Shown piece after piece: positions 51,190-64,000 of a stretch of 64,000 nt of DNA (position 1 is its first letter; the number at the start of each line of letters is the position of its first letter). A model generated the notes under the pieces. It saw nothing but the letters and a program-made list of their open reading frames with translations, was not told the DNA's origin and made no database searches. The stretch comes from Chrysomallon squamiferum (Eukaryota; Animalia; Mollusca): NCBI GenBank assembly GCA_012295275.1, contig CM022679.1, forward strand, positions 2,604,001 to 2,668,000, read 5' to 3'. Made by a program: the position numbers and the translations under genes.

Positions 51190-53922
51190 ATGGCTATGTC
51201 ATCTGTTGCAAATTTGCAGCATCAAGCTTGGTAATACTTTTAAATATTCGTATTTAGTTTTAGGAATACATATGACTTGATCAAGTTGATGTAACGTAAC
51301 TAGACTTCATACAACTTTAACTTAAGACATGGTAAATGATGTTTATGATGTTACAACTAAAAATAAGGAAACTTGAACTTCGTTCTCGACCTATCCTTTT
51401 CACTGCAACTCTTGCTTTCGCAAGGATTTTATTTTTAGAAATAAAGTAATTAGACAAAGTAACAACACTAGAACTAATTATTAAACAAATCTATGTTTAC
51501 ATCGAGTGTTTGTGTCATAATTACGCCTATTTCAGTATTTGCAGTTGTTTGTACATGAAGAAACACGTTTCTCCGCTTTTCTGCACTGTTGCATTATTGG
51601 TAGATATCGTTGTCAAAAAGTAAATTATTATAACAATTGATTAAAGAATGATTTCTTAATTTAATTGTGATTTACTGTATAATGTTTTCAGCAATGCATC
51701 TCAAGAAGACATTGACAAATTGTGTAAGAACATCACTGACACATTCCACGTTTCAGAGAAGTCTTCAGAATGCATTGGATATCTGCAGTCTTTGTTTTTC
51801 ATATTACAGGCTTCTAAAAAAGAACTATGGTAAGTTTGTATAAATGAAAATTTATTTTATTAATGATGCCCATTGTTTTATTAAAATTAATGTTTATAAT
51901 GTTTTGATGTAGTAATAATACAGTCTAAGATAAACTTGTTATTACTAATTTTTAGCTCATTGTCAACTGACAGTAATTTGAGAGTAAAGGATTTCCTTTA
52001 TAATTTCCTTTATAATTTACAAGTCCAGAGTTGTGGCAATGATCCTGTGACCAAATGGTTTAGTCAGATTGTGAGCCACCAACATTATTTAATGATACAT
52101 TTTTAATATTTATGGCTTTATTAGATGTCAAAAAATTTAAAATTTTGTTACTATATTAAAACGCAGTTTCAGAGAGACCAAAAAAAATGTTGTCTTTCAA
52201 AAGTTACTGTGTTGATTCGTTTGCTACTCACATATATAGGATGACACATGCCACAAATGATAAATGTGTTGCACATAAATATTTTTACAAGAGTGTTTTA
52301 TAAAATTATGAATTTTTGTATTAATTAATAACTAAAACATTTTGGAAATATTTTATTAAGATGCTGTTATATATATTACATAAAACAATGTTTAAAAACT
52401 TTGTGTATTATTGGCTAAATCAGATTTAATAAATCTAATTTTTATAATCCAGTCATATCCGTATCTTATGTTTTCATTATAGTATCTCACAGGAACTCTT
52501 TGTTACCATGGTGACTGCAGTTGGATCGTCATGGAATCAGCAAAACATCAGACAGTGTATTTTATGTCAGCAAATAATTTCAGAATTGTTACCAAGCCAA
52601 GATTTTAATTTAGCCTCAGACACATCTGTCTGTGAAAATCATCTTCCATTTTATTTACTACAAGTATGTTGCGTAATTTGTTATCAGTGTTGTGTGTACA
52701 TATATATATATATAGAATTAATGAAAAAAGTAAATAAAAATAATGTGATATTTCATAGTGTAACTAAAATGTCTTTATGGTATTGATAGAATTTAATTTC
52801 TCTAATTCTTTTTTTTATTTTTTATTACATGTTGCTTCTGTTTGTTGCAATAGTTTTGAACTTTATGAGTAAAAACATAAGATATTTCTTGGATTTATCC
52901 AAAAATAATGCATCTACCCATTTGTTGTCAATTAATGGATAATTAAATTTAAAAAAATTGTTTTTATGATAGGGTGAAAAGTCAGGATGTCTGGAAAGGT
53001 CATTTAATGCAGCAGTGAGGTCAGATTTATTTTTGACAATATATTTTAAAAATATATATATTATAATTAAATGTTTTTCTTTGACTGTCCTAAAGACAGC
53101 AGTAAGCACACAAGCAGAGATCCTCAACACATTCAAATATACACTTACCCATATCAATCACCTTTCACATTCCAACAAGTACTCTGTGTCTGCATTATTG
53201 ACTATCATGGAATACTACTAACTAATAAAAAGTAGCCAACATTGTGATGACAGTTGAAATTAATTTCCTCCTTTCTTTTTATTCACCTATAAAGACAGTT
53301 TACTGGACAGTTTGTAGTTTGTGATAATTTTGTTCTTACATTGCTTTAGGTGTCTGACAAGTCCTGAATTTGACTTTGAGAGACAGAAGAAAGCTTTTTC
53401 ATTCCTTGTTGCTGTTGTCATGCTGCATAAAGATGTGGCTGCTGAAGGTAAGAATAAATGAATTAATTAAAGAAAGAAGGCTTTAAAATGCCTCATACAG
53501 AAAGGAAATTTCAGCTGTCAACAGAACCAATGAAGATTTTCAGTGACTGATATTTCAAAGATTTTAAGGTTATGTAGAAGTAAAAAAAGGTAAAAGTAAA
53601 TGAGCAGTATTCAAATATGAGTATTTCTTTAGTTATTTGTAAACAGAATTTTTTACTTAATAGTTATTATTTTAATAATATGGAAAATGAATCAAAAATA
53701 GTGAAACGGAAAAGCAACACTTCTGTAACTTGTTTTTCAAAAGCTGTAGTAAAATTTGTATTTAGTAATGTGCTCATAAAAGAATACTTTCTGTTAATTA
53801 CTATAAGTGACAATATCATCATTATATAATATATATATGGTAGGATAAAATATGAAAATTCAGTTATCTATATCTATGTGTGTTTGTTTGTATATATATA
53901 CCTATACACATCTATATATACA

Positions 53923-53966
<44 letters not shown>

Positions 53967-54332
53967 CACACATACACACATACATTTATATATTTATATA
54001 TTTGATGCCTAATACTTTTATCTGTAGGTAATTTATTAACAAGAATTGCCTGGAGATTAATAATCAGTATTTATTGAATCGTTCACTGGCAGACTGTATC
54101 AGAGACACAAACAACCAGATTTCAAAATGGCTGATGAATGCTAGTCTGCAGCAGGCTCCAAATCCATACACGATTAATCCATTTCGCAAAGACAAGAGTA
54201 ACACGGTCACAGAGATTGACGGTACACCAAGCAGAAACTTCTTTACAGTACTTAACATCGGTGAGAAAACTAGTTTCATTTACATTTTCTTTCTTTCTTT
54301 CTTTATTTGTTTATTTCTTTCTTTATTTATTT

Positions 54333-54407
<75 letters not shown>

Positions 54408-56206
54408 TTATTGTTTATTTATTTATTTTTAATTACTTTTTTACAGTTTTAATCTTTTAACAATGTTGAAAATGTTTCTTTAAACTGTATTTTTGTTCCA
54501 TTTGTACCACCAACATTATTGATCTTTATCAATAATAAAGTATAAACAAAAATAACAATGTTTAGATGAGGCAAATAAACCTTTTAGACTGAGTATTTGA
54601 TTGGAAACTTGCTGAATTGCTGTACTATCAGCAGTATTTATTTCTTCAAAATTCGGCAGCTTAATGAAGAGTTTAGAAAAAAGCTAGTGTTCTGATTTGT
54701 TTGGGTTTACATTATTTTTTTAGCAACAATAATCTCCAGTGCATATTACTTTTCTGCTTTGCCTTCTTAAACTTCATTATAATTTGTCTTTTTATTATCT
54801 CAGTTCTAAACTTTGAATTCATTAAGTAGGCAAAATTCTAAAACTTCATTAAAAGATGTCTATTAATATTTCAGTTCTAAACTTTTAATTCCTTGAGTAG
54901 ATGAAATTCCAAAAGTCTTTATTATTTGTATGTTTATTTTGCCAGGCCAGTACTACACTTCAGACCAGCTTTTGAATATCTACAGTTTTTCTCTGATGTA
55001 CCAGTGGTTGTTCTACTCACAACAGACACTCTCTGAGCATATTGATGATTCTTCACAGGTTGCCAAGGTTACTCATGTGTTTGAAGCTCTGGTTACCAAT
55101 TCCATAAACTACTGCTTTCGAGTCTTTGACCAATGTGAAAGAAGTATGAAACATCAAATGTATTTGATTTTGATTTTTTAAGAAAGAAAAAAAAAAAGTT
55201 TTGTATGCAGATGGTTAAATTGTATTTTTTTAAGAAAGGCAGAACAAGAAGAGAAAATTAGTGTCTGTGTGTGTATTTGTGAGAGAATGAGAGAGAGAGA
55301 CTGTATGAGTGATCCATCCTTAATTTTAAATATTTCAATTTTATTAAAATAATTTTTTTAAAATTAATAAAGAGAATTTTTGTTTCAGTATGTATAAATC
55401 ATAGAAGAGTATATTTTTTGACAAAGAGTAAGATGGAATGAGAAATATTTGAAAGCATATAAGTATGACTAAATGTGAGTGAAAGAAAAGAATGAACATC
55501 AGTATAATGATATAAACAGAAAACAAATAAAATTAATTTTTTAATTTTTTATTATGACATTTCAGATTATATAGTAGAAGGTACAAATCATAATAAGATC
55601 ATGAATTTACATTTAAGATGACTTTTTTTTATTTTTATTTTTTTCAGAGCCCAAAACACCATCCGACAATGAACTTCAGACTGCAGTAAGTGTTTCATAA
55701 TTGAGTTTTTTAACAACAGTCTTGTTTTATCTGTAATTATTATTATAGTAATCTCAACTAAATAAACTAATGAAAAGCACTCTGTTGATGATGAGTTTTG
55801 CTGTTTTGGACTGATGTATCACTTTCTGTGTTTGTGTGTGTGTATCTGTGCATGTGTTTAATACAGTGTTTATGATCCAGAATGTTCTAAAAACAGTTAA
55901 TAAAAATAAAGCTTTTTCAGTGTCTTTCAGAATCAGTGACAATTCTGGATCTAATCTGTAAAATAGATGAAGGTCAGATACCTCGTGTTTACCAGGAAGT
56001 CAAGCGACTTTACTCTCGAATATCCCAGAATGCATCATTGTTGGCAGTTAATATTCAGATTCTACAGTTTTTCCTTAATCATAGTAAGACATTTCATAAT
56101 GAATAGAAATTCATTTTTTCTTATAATCAAATGTTTGTGTGTGGGTGTATATGTGTGTGTGTGTATGTATATATATATATATGCATATGTATATGTATAT
56201 GTATAT

Positions 56207-56242
<36 letters not shown>

Positions 56243-58915
56243 ATAAAACCTAAAGTTAATGGTTTTATGGTTTATCATATATATAGCAGAGTGTAAAGTG
56301 ATAGTATAATCTATATGTTAAATCAGACATATTCTCTGTTTCAAGTCCAGTTATTTAATTTGAATGAACAAACTGTATACTCATCAGTGATAAATAATGA
56401 TAAATCTGACGCCAGATGATGTGTCTATTTTTGTAAAAAGCTCACCTTGCAAATCAAGAAGCACATTCACTTTTCTACATATTACAAAAAGAGGTTGACT
56501 AAATATTTGTTACATTTATATGGAATGGCCGTTTACACTGTCACAAAATCATAAACTCTAACAATAAATAAAAAAATTAATCAATTTATCTTAGTTCTCT
56601 GGAGAAAACTGAGGCTTGTTAAAGTAAACAATTTTTTAATTTTTTTTTCTCCTAGGTGCTGCTGTAGTGCACGACCCTGGGGAGGCGTATGAAATGTTTT
56701 TTAACAAACTTCTGAGTCAGCACTTTCAAGATCCTGGTTTAGCTTTCGATGTTGTGAGGTTTACGCTCAACAATCTGGAAACCCTGTGTTACAAAACTAA
56801 CATTCTGTCAAAGTATTTCCCAAACTTGTTCAAGGTGTGTGATGTAGTTCTGCATTTTAATTCCGTCTTTCATTTGAAATACTGGAAAAACCAGTCTTCG
56901 TGCTAGTACTGACATGTTATAATTTTTATAGCAGTTTCTTTTTAATTAAATGAAATTTTAGCAATTTACCACAAATAAAAAAGTAGAATGTCAGCAGACA
57001 TTTGTTAAAAACATTTGCAGTAGTTATATATTTATATCTTTGAGTTTTCTTTTTGTGTGTGCATTAATGTCAGTTTGTGTGTGTGTATGTGTGTGTGTGT
57101 TTAAATCCTATTAATAAACTATAATGCAGTTGTTATTTTATTTTTAATATTTAATTTGACCTTAAAAGAAATATTATTGTAAAGAATTATATTTTAAAAA
57201 AATATTAAAAGCAATATATACTGATATATGTGTGTAATGTATTCATTATTTTCAATTCTTCAGTTGCTTGCATGGCATCCCAGAACTTTCCTTGCAGAAT
57301 TTACAGAACTGTTGCCTGCCTTTATGTCTCAGACAACATCCATGGAGGTTTGTATAATACAATGATTCTCAAAACTGGCAGTGACACCCCCAGTGTTTAA
57401 AATGATAATTCATAATTAAATATATTTTAATTGTTGAATAACAGCATTGTTAAATAATGAGATAGATTTATTGATTTAATAACTACAACAACAAAAATAA
57501 AAATAACAAAAAATATAAAAATATTAATAAAAATAAACACGAACAAAATTTATTAATTTAGTTTCTGTTTTTCTATAATAAAATAAATTTCTTCATATTT
57601 AATATTTGATTATGTCCTTGCAGCAATAAGCTTCAGAATCTATAAAAATAAGGTGTAAAAATTGAAAAAAATATTTTTTTTTCCAGGTATTTCATGCTTT
57701 GTTAGACTTACCCTGTATGACAGCAGCTTTAGAAACCATAGAAAGGACACAGAAAATGGAACTGCAGATGTCCTCACTTTTGGCTTCCATTGACATTGAA
57801 CCTAGTGTGTCCTCAGAGGCTTATCAAAACCCTTTATATCATCCATTGTTCAACTTTGTTACTAGAGCTGAAGCAGGGTGTGGAGACACCATTAACAGGT
57901 AACTGGCATGTGTGTGCATGCATTCATGTAATGAGTAACAGTATTTTTGAAATTGTTACCCTTTAAAAACATAATTTGTACATATCCCTTAAAGGGATCA
58001 TGAATTAAACTAATTATGATACATGTTAAAGTAGCTGTAATTTTAATTAATTACTTGTATTTTACTAAGTAGTTCCAGTCATTCTTTGTGTAATCACAAA
58101 ATAAACTTATCTGCAATAAATTTACTAGCAAATATATTAAGACATTTTGTAATCAAATTTTTAAGTATAATGTTGTAAATGGTAAATATATTTTTTTTAA
58201 AACCTTTATTTTAGACTGTCAGCACTTCACCATGTATTACAAGATCAAAAAACAAATCCAAGAGTCAAAGTATGTGGTCAGACTGTTTCTACTCTTCTGA
58301 GGTATGAATCTTTCAAAACATTTATCTGACGTATGTTCTTTCATCCTTATTTTTAAGAGAACATATATTGTGTAGAACAACTTTCTGTTAATCTTTGCCT
58401 TTATTTTGAGGGGTATTTTTATAATGACACTTGATAAGTGCAGAGCAAAACAGTTCAACTGTATATTAATTGTTTAATTTTTGGTACATAATGCAAAATA
58501 AGGCATTATGATTAATATTATTATTATTTTTTATTTTATTTTTTTTAAGAGTTTGGTTTTCTGTTATATTAGAAGAAGTAGATGATGGGTTTGCTTCACA
58601 GTTGTTACCAGCTCTGTTGGAAAGATCAGGACTTCTGTATGATATACCTGAAATCAGTTACCAGCTTGATATTAAACAGTATGTATAAACTATTTGTGTG
58701 ACAAATAATCTGTATTTAGCCTCATTTTTCCTAATTGTTAACATACATATCGCAGATTTTTCCAAAAAAAATGTGAAATGTCACTTTAGTTTACTGTATC
58801 AAAATGGCAATATCTGTATATTTTGATTACAGTTTACAAATTATTTTTTTATTCTTGATTTGCTATTCCATTGTGTATCTGTGTGTGTGTATTTCTACAC
58901 ATATGTATATATATA

Positions 58916-58949
<34 letters not shown>

Positions 58950-61326
58950 GATATATACATACTATCTTGTTTTCTTTTCTAGCCTGCTATCAGAGAATCT
59001 CTTGCATCTGATAAAGAAGTTTCCAGTGATAGTGGCCAGTCACTACACAGATATCACAGACTTCTTATTGAGTTCTAGAAATCTAACACAACATGAAGAT
59101 CTCTTCTCCAATTTGGTACTACGTGTTTTCTCGTAGAATAGTCTTCATCATGTTAGTTTACAAATAGAACAAGAAGTAATTTTAATCTGTAATGACCTTC
59201 TAATACAGCTGTTCTGTGACCATCTTTGTTTCTCTTGTTTTTTGCCAAGTTATGAGCTTCAGAGTTGGATTGGCACTTTGTAACATTTATTTCATGATTA
59301 CTAATGAAACCATATGTTAATTTGTGCAGGTGTTTTATTTTTTGTGAAATAACTGCAGCAGTGCAGTGATAAAATGGATAGACTTGTTTGTAATAATACA
59401 ACTAAACATGGTATATTGTCTTTGGTATCTTTCCACGTATCCAGCTACCTGTTTTAGCACCAGACATAATGTTCTATGGATTTAATAATGAACTGAGAAA
59501 TACTTCAGTCATAATTCTATATTTATTGATTTATTTTATGGATAACATGCTGGTATATGTCATCATGTTGATTCAGCAGAAATAATTTTTGTTTTAATTT
59601 GCACTGACCCAAAAGTATATTATAATTTTTGTTGCCAGGTCTGGGCTGTTGGTGAATTTTGTTCAGTGCAGTTTCATGTAAAATGTACGGCTGATTTGAT
59701 TGGTCAGTATTACGGAACTCTGGAAACATTGATCTACGAGGTGTCAGGTAACCTGACATCTGCAGCACCTCAGGAAAGAAGCGGGCCAAAGATCATGTCT
59801 GTGTTAATGTCAGCCATTTCCAAGGTAACCAGATTTTAAATTTTAAGACAATAAATTGAACATCACTGTGTTAGCTTGTTTAAGTTAACAAAAGTGTTTC
59901 AGTATGAATGCACTTCACATTGTTAACTTTGATTTGCAGATTTGGAAGAATTAAGTAAATTAATTAAGGAATATGTTCAGTAATTTGTAAATGCATTACG
60001 GGAATATTTCTTACATGCTTTAACACTTTTTCCCATAGATATTTCAGAACCATTTGATCTGCTTTTCTTTATCTATATCTGTGAACTTTAACACAAAGTA
60101 TATTTTGTCTTATTAATAATAAGATGTAATAGCTCCATAATCTTCAAAAAACATATAAATTTTTACTGATTGAAATTCTAAAATATTAAGCCACTTGAGA
60201 TTTTTTTCTGTTTTATTTTCACCTTTTTCAGATGTATCACTAACTGGTAAATACTTTATCTAATTTACTTCCAGCTTGCAACCAGGTGTCAAGATTTAAT
60301 TCCAAGAGCTATTCTTTGCCTTACCAAGGTTGCTAGGCAACACATGAAGAATTATTTTGATAAAGAAGGGTCTGCCACTCTCGTGAGTCGAGCACAAGAA
60401 CTAATAAACATACTAAAGTTACCCAAGTAAGTTCATCTTTACAATTTCTTGGATGTTTTGATAAATGTATGAATTTGATGGAAGGATGAATAATGAATGA
60501 TTCAGTTAATCAAACATGTTTGTTAACAACTTTGCCTATAAACATGGATGAATAAATGTATTTGTTCACAGCTTTGTATATAAACATGTATGCATTTCAA
60601 TATTTAGGTCTTGAAACATTATGCTTCTCTGTACCATGGTCTACATTTATGCATATTACAGATTAATAAAAAGGAACCTGTTACATGCAGCTCCTTAAAA
60701 TAAGTCAATACAGATGAAAAAAGAAAACCTGTCAGACAGAAGAAATCTATCTAATGGGTACACCTTATTTATTGCAATTATTTTTGTTCATTTCAGCTTT
60801 GCTGCTCAGATTTTGAATCCATCACCAGAGATTGAATCAGGAAGGCAAGTTTTAAATTATGTAACTGTCCTGAATATTTATACAAAGTGTCATACTATGT
60901 AAACACATTGTTCTGAAATTAAAAGTATAAATCAGTGCTTACAAATGTTTTCACTACCAAGAACCCCATTTATTTAAATGAACTGTTCCCTGAAACCCCA
61001 GGGGTTTGGAATATCTGGTATAAATAGTTAATTGTTTCACTGGGTTGATTTGGATGTTTTTTAGAAGCAGTATACATTTACAACTACTACAGTCACACCT
61101 ACTGTTACTATTCTATTATTACTACTTTAAATCCTGTCATTATCATTAATATTTGTATCTTATTATTATTACTATTATTATTTATTTATTTATACTTATT
61201 TGTTTATTTATCTATTTATTTATTTATATTTATTTATTTGTATTTTTTGTTTTCAGATGGCACAAAGACAACACATCTCTTCCAATTATTCTGCGTCAAA
61301 CTCACAGGCTTCTCAGTGTAAAATAA
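51190..61326 (+). CDS. AP5Z1: AP-5 complex subunit zeta-1 (SPG48)
   Basis: 19 exons: 51190-51230, 51692-51829, 52483-52663, 52973-53019, 53350-53447, 54093-54260, 54946-55143, 55648-55685, 55921-56083, 56656-56834, 57264-57347, 57687-57898, 58215-58301, 58550-58678, 58983-59115, 59639-59824, 60275-60426, 60797-60844 (GC donor), 61257-61326. Motifs VTEIDG..NFFTVLNIGQYY, FPNLFKLLAWHP, LLDLPC, VWAVGE, KLATRCQDLIPRA, WHKDNTSLP. Confidence 0.92.
54330..54408. repeat. (TTTA)n tetranucleotide tract
   Basis: Direct reading. Confidence 0.9.
60933..61017. mobile_element. Old 85-bp hAT-type MITE in the last AP5Z1 intron
   Basis: Perfect 8-bp TSD GTATAAAT (60925-60932, 61018-61025); degenerate TIRs CAGTGCTTACAAA and TTTGGAATATCTG. 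Confidence 0.6.
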
Positions 61327-63803
61327 TCAACTGTTCCTTCACAGAGAAAATAAAAATATAAAAACTGAACAAAATTATCACAGAAAATACAAGCACCAGT
61401 TGTATATTTCAGAGGATTTAATACTATGTCGGTTGTGCAATAAATATTTTTTGTATCTTTTTCATTTTCATTTTTGTTATAATGAAGGAACTGCAGATGA
61501 GATTTATAAATTATTTATAATTATTATTATTATTTATTTTCTTTCAGGTCATTCTAAAACCTTGGTAGCTATTTCTCTCTAATATTTTTTTTTTTTTTTT
61601 TTTTTTTATATATCGCCAGATCTGCAAACTGGGAAATATATACCTTTTTCACTGAATATATCAAATGATTTATTCTTTAGCTATTATCCTCTTTTCTTTT
61701 TTTCTGTTTTGCCTTCATGACTTTAGTAAAAAAAGCGTTTTTGTCCTTCCCACGATATAGTTGGCATTAAATCAGATAATTATTTTAATTGTTAAAATAA
61801 AATAAAAAATTAAATTAATTTTAATAAATGTTTATATAAATATCCCTAGCATTATGTGTTCCTAGCTGGTCATCATCCAAAAACTAGTGTGCCGAATGTT
61901 GTTCATCTTCGAATACCAGATGAGAATCAGTGTTTTCAGTGTTTAGACTTTCACGTTATGGAAAACGACAGTATCTAAAAATCTGAAATATTATTATTAT
62001 TATTATTGTGACTGCGTCAGTGTCTTAGCTATTCCTTTTTTAAAATAAAGTATGTTAATGCGTAATAACACTACTAAACACGGGCGAAATGATATCGGAA
62101 TAAAAATATGAATGGAAATTACAGAAATAATAATAATAATAACCCGAGGGCAGGAATACCCAATATAACGTAACATCAAAATAAATATTTCAGTTTGAAA
62201 GAAAGAAAAATAATTAAAAAAAACTAAAATTTAAAGCAGACTAAAGTTTAGGTTTTAGTTTCGTTGTTTTTTTACATCGTGTGTATTGGTTTTCCTTTAA
62301 CAAAAACATGCGCACCACCATTTTACATTCTTAACTGAACGATCAAGAGAATCCGACATGTAATAGGATTGCTTTTGAAATTATATTATGTAACTCTGAA
62401 TAATTAAGGTACAGTTACCTTTCATAAATACAATATTACTGACATAATATAGTATCACGTGACATTTACAAATAGTTGTCAATGTCAAATGACATTGAAT
62501 CGGTTGATAATTACAGATTTAAAAATATTTTTTGGATTCATTGGTATATACATATTCTGCCTGAGCAATATTTTACTTATCATAAACTAACATCGGACAA
62601 AAATATTACAATCTGGTACACCAACTAAAACTACAAGGTAATTATATAATTTTCATATTTAGGTCACAGGATAAATGCACCGTTGTCAATAAAGATACAT
62701 ATATACAACCACACCTCTTTCAAAGGAAAGAACACATTGACATTTAACTTCATTTCAATTTTGTAAGCAATTTGATATTTATTAAAAGCAAGACGAAATA
62801 TTTTAAAATTTGTTATCGAGAGGTTTTAAACTTAAATAAATAGTTATATTTGTTTTGTTCATTTTTGCACAGAATCTTATCTAAACACAATTGTTAGGAA
62901 TACAAATATATCAAGTAAAGATTTATTGTTTGCTACTTTGGCGTGCGATCTACGCGATCTAGTGATCTACACCGAGCAAATTTTACTTTGTTGTGTGATC
63001 TACGCGCTTATTTTGTTTTATTTTAGTTTTTTATTATTGTTTTTCACGGCATAAGTTAAACAAATCTTCCCTTTATTATATATTTATAATTTATAGAAAC
63101 AAGGACTAAAAAGTATACTTATTATTTTTCACAGCATAAATGAAACAAATTTTCCTTTTATATAAAGGAGCAAGGGCTAAAAACATAATTTGAATATTCT
63201 TATCGATGAATTGAACGAACATCTTCTAGAAACGCAAGAACAACAACTTCAGCATTCATCCTCATCTGTAGCCAACAGAAATAATCAAGGTATGATTGGA
63301 AGGTTTTTTGAATTGCCCAAGTTTTGAAAGTTTTGACGATTTATGCTAGCTATTCGTCGGAATGAATAAAAATTCGTATATCCAATCAGAAATGAAGTTT
63401 GCCTGGATGTGATGTTCTTATATAATGTATCATGCGTTAATCTTTAAGGATTTTAAGATCTTCCTTTTATATTTTATAAATTTCATATATTTATTTATTT
63501 ATTTATTTTTTGCTATAGATCGTCCTTTAAGTTGTAGACGACACGCCAAAGTAGTTTCGTAACGAGTAGATCAACGTCAAAGTATCACCGATTTTTGTTT
63601 GTTTCTTTCTTTGTTTTTCCCACCACAAAAAACCTTCACTAAATTTTTTGTTGTTATTTGTTTTTTACTCTTTTTTTTTATGTAAAATAAATATATTAAC
63701 AGAAAAGCGCAAAATATAATCACTTTATTTGTTTGTTGTATATATAATTTTTTTTATATTAGTTTGGTAACAAATATTTTCATTAATATTCCTTAAAATA
63801 GCA

Positions 63804-63890
63804 ATGGCAGCTTCTTTTGTTGACCAGCTAAAAGCACTTCTATGGCGAAACTACATCTTGAAGAAGCGAAATAAAAAACAACTCTTCCAG
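63804..63890 (+). CDS. First coding exon of an ABC transporter subfamily A gene (ABCA5-like); continues beyond the window
   Basis: MAASFVDQLKALLWRNYILKKRNKKQLFQ followed by a GT donor; matches the ABCA N-terminal QLxxLLWKNxxxxxR signature. Acceptor TAG at 63799-63801; probable non-coding exon donor at 63289/63290. Confidence 0.8.
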
Positions 63891-64000
63891 GTTGGTTGAT
63901 TTTCACCACTATTTTTGTATATCCCAACATTTCATTTTCAACAATACCAATTTTATGAAGGTTGGCCTAGTAGTTCCTGAGATATGAGGGTTCAAAGGTT

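Overview
AT-rich, microsatellite-laden animal genomic DNA with spliceosomal introns. Gene content and repeats look lophotrochozoan, probably mollusc (inference only). Gene models built by hand from splice sites and reading frames, left to right: (1) a 6-exon neuropeptide-type class A GPCR (+, 2903-5873); (2) an 11-exon cytosolic YwrD/HpxW-type gamma-glutamyltransferase (-, 12358-6363) with an in-frame TAA and a 1-nt frameshift, so apparently a recent pseudogene; (3) diacylglycerol kinase epsilon (-, 26006-20620), probably with a ~6 kb 3'UTR containing a 337-bp hairpin; (4) a HELT bHLH-Orange gene (+, 30608-33663) with a dense CACGTG E-box cluster; (5) a 152-aa secreted precursor (-, 35092-34462) made of a signal peptide, a 34-aa cationic Trp/Cys peptide, KRKR and an acidic double EF-hand, plus a decayed tandem paralog; (6) a deleted Tigger/pogo element; (7) DNAI2 (-) head-to-head with AP5Z1 (+) across an X-box promoter; (8) the first coding exon of an ABCA transporter at the window end. 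The most novel candidate is the EF-hand-linked cationic peptide locus. No database searches were run; family calls rest on recognised motifs.
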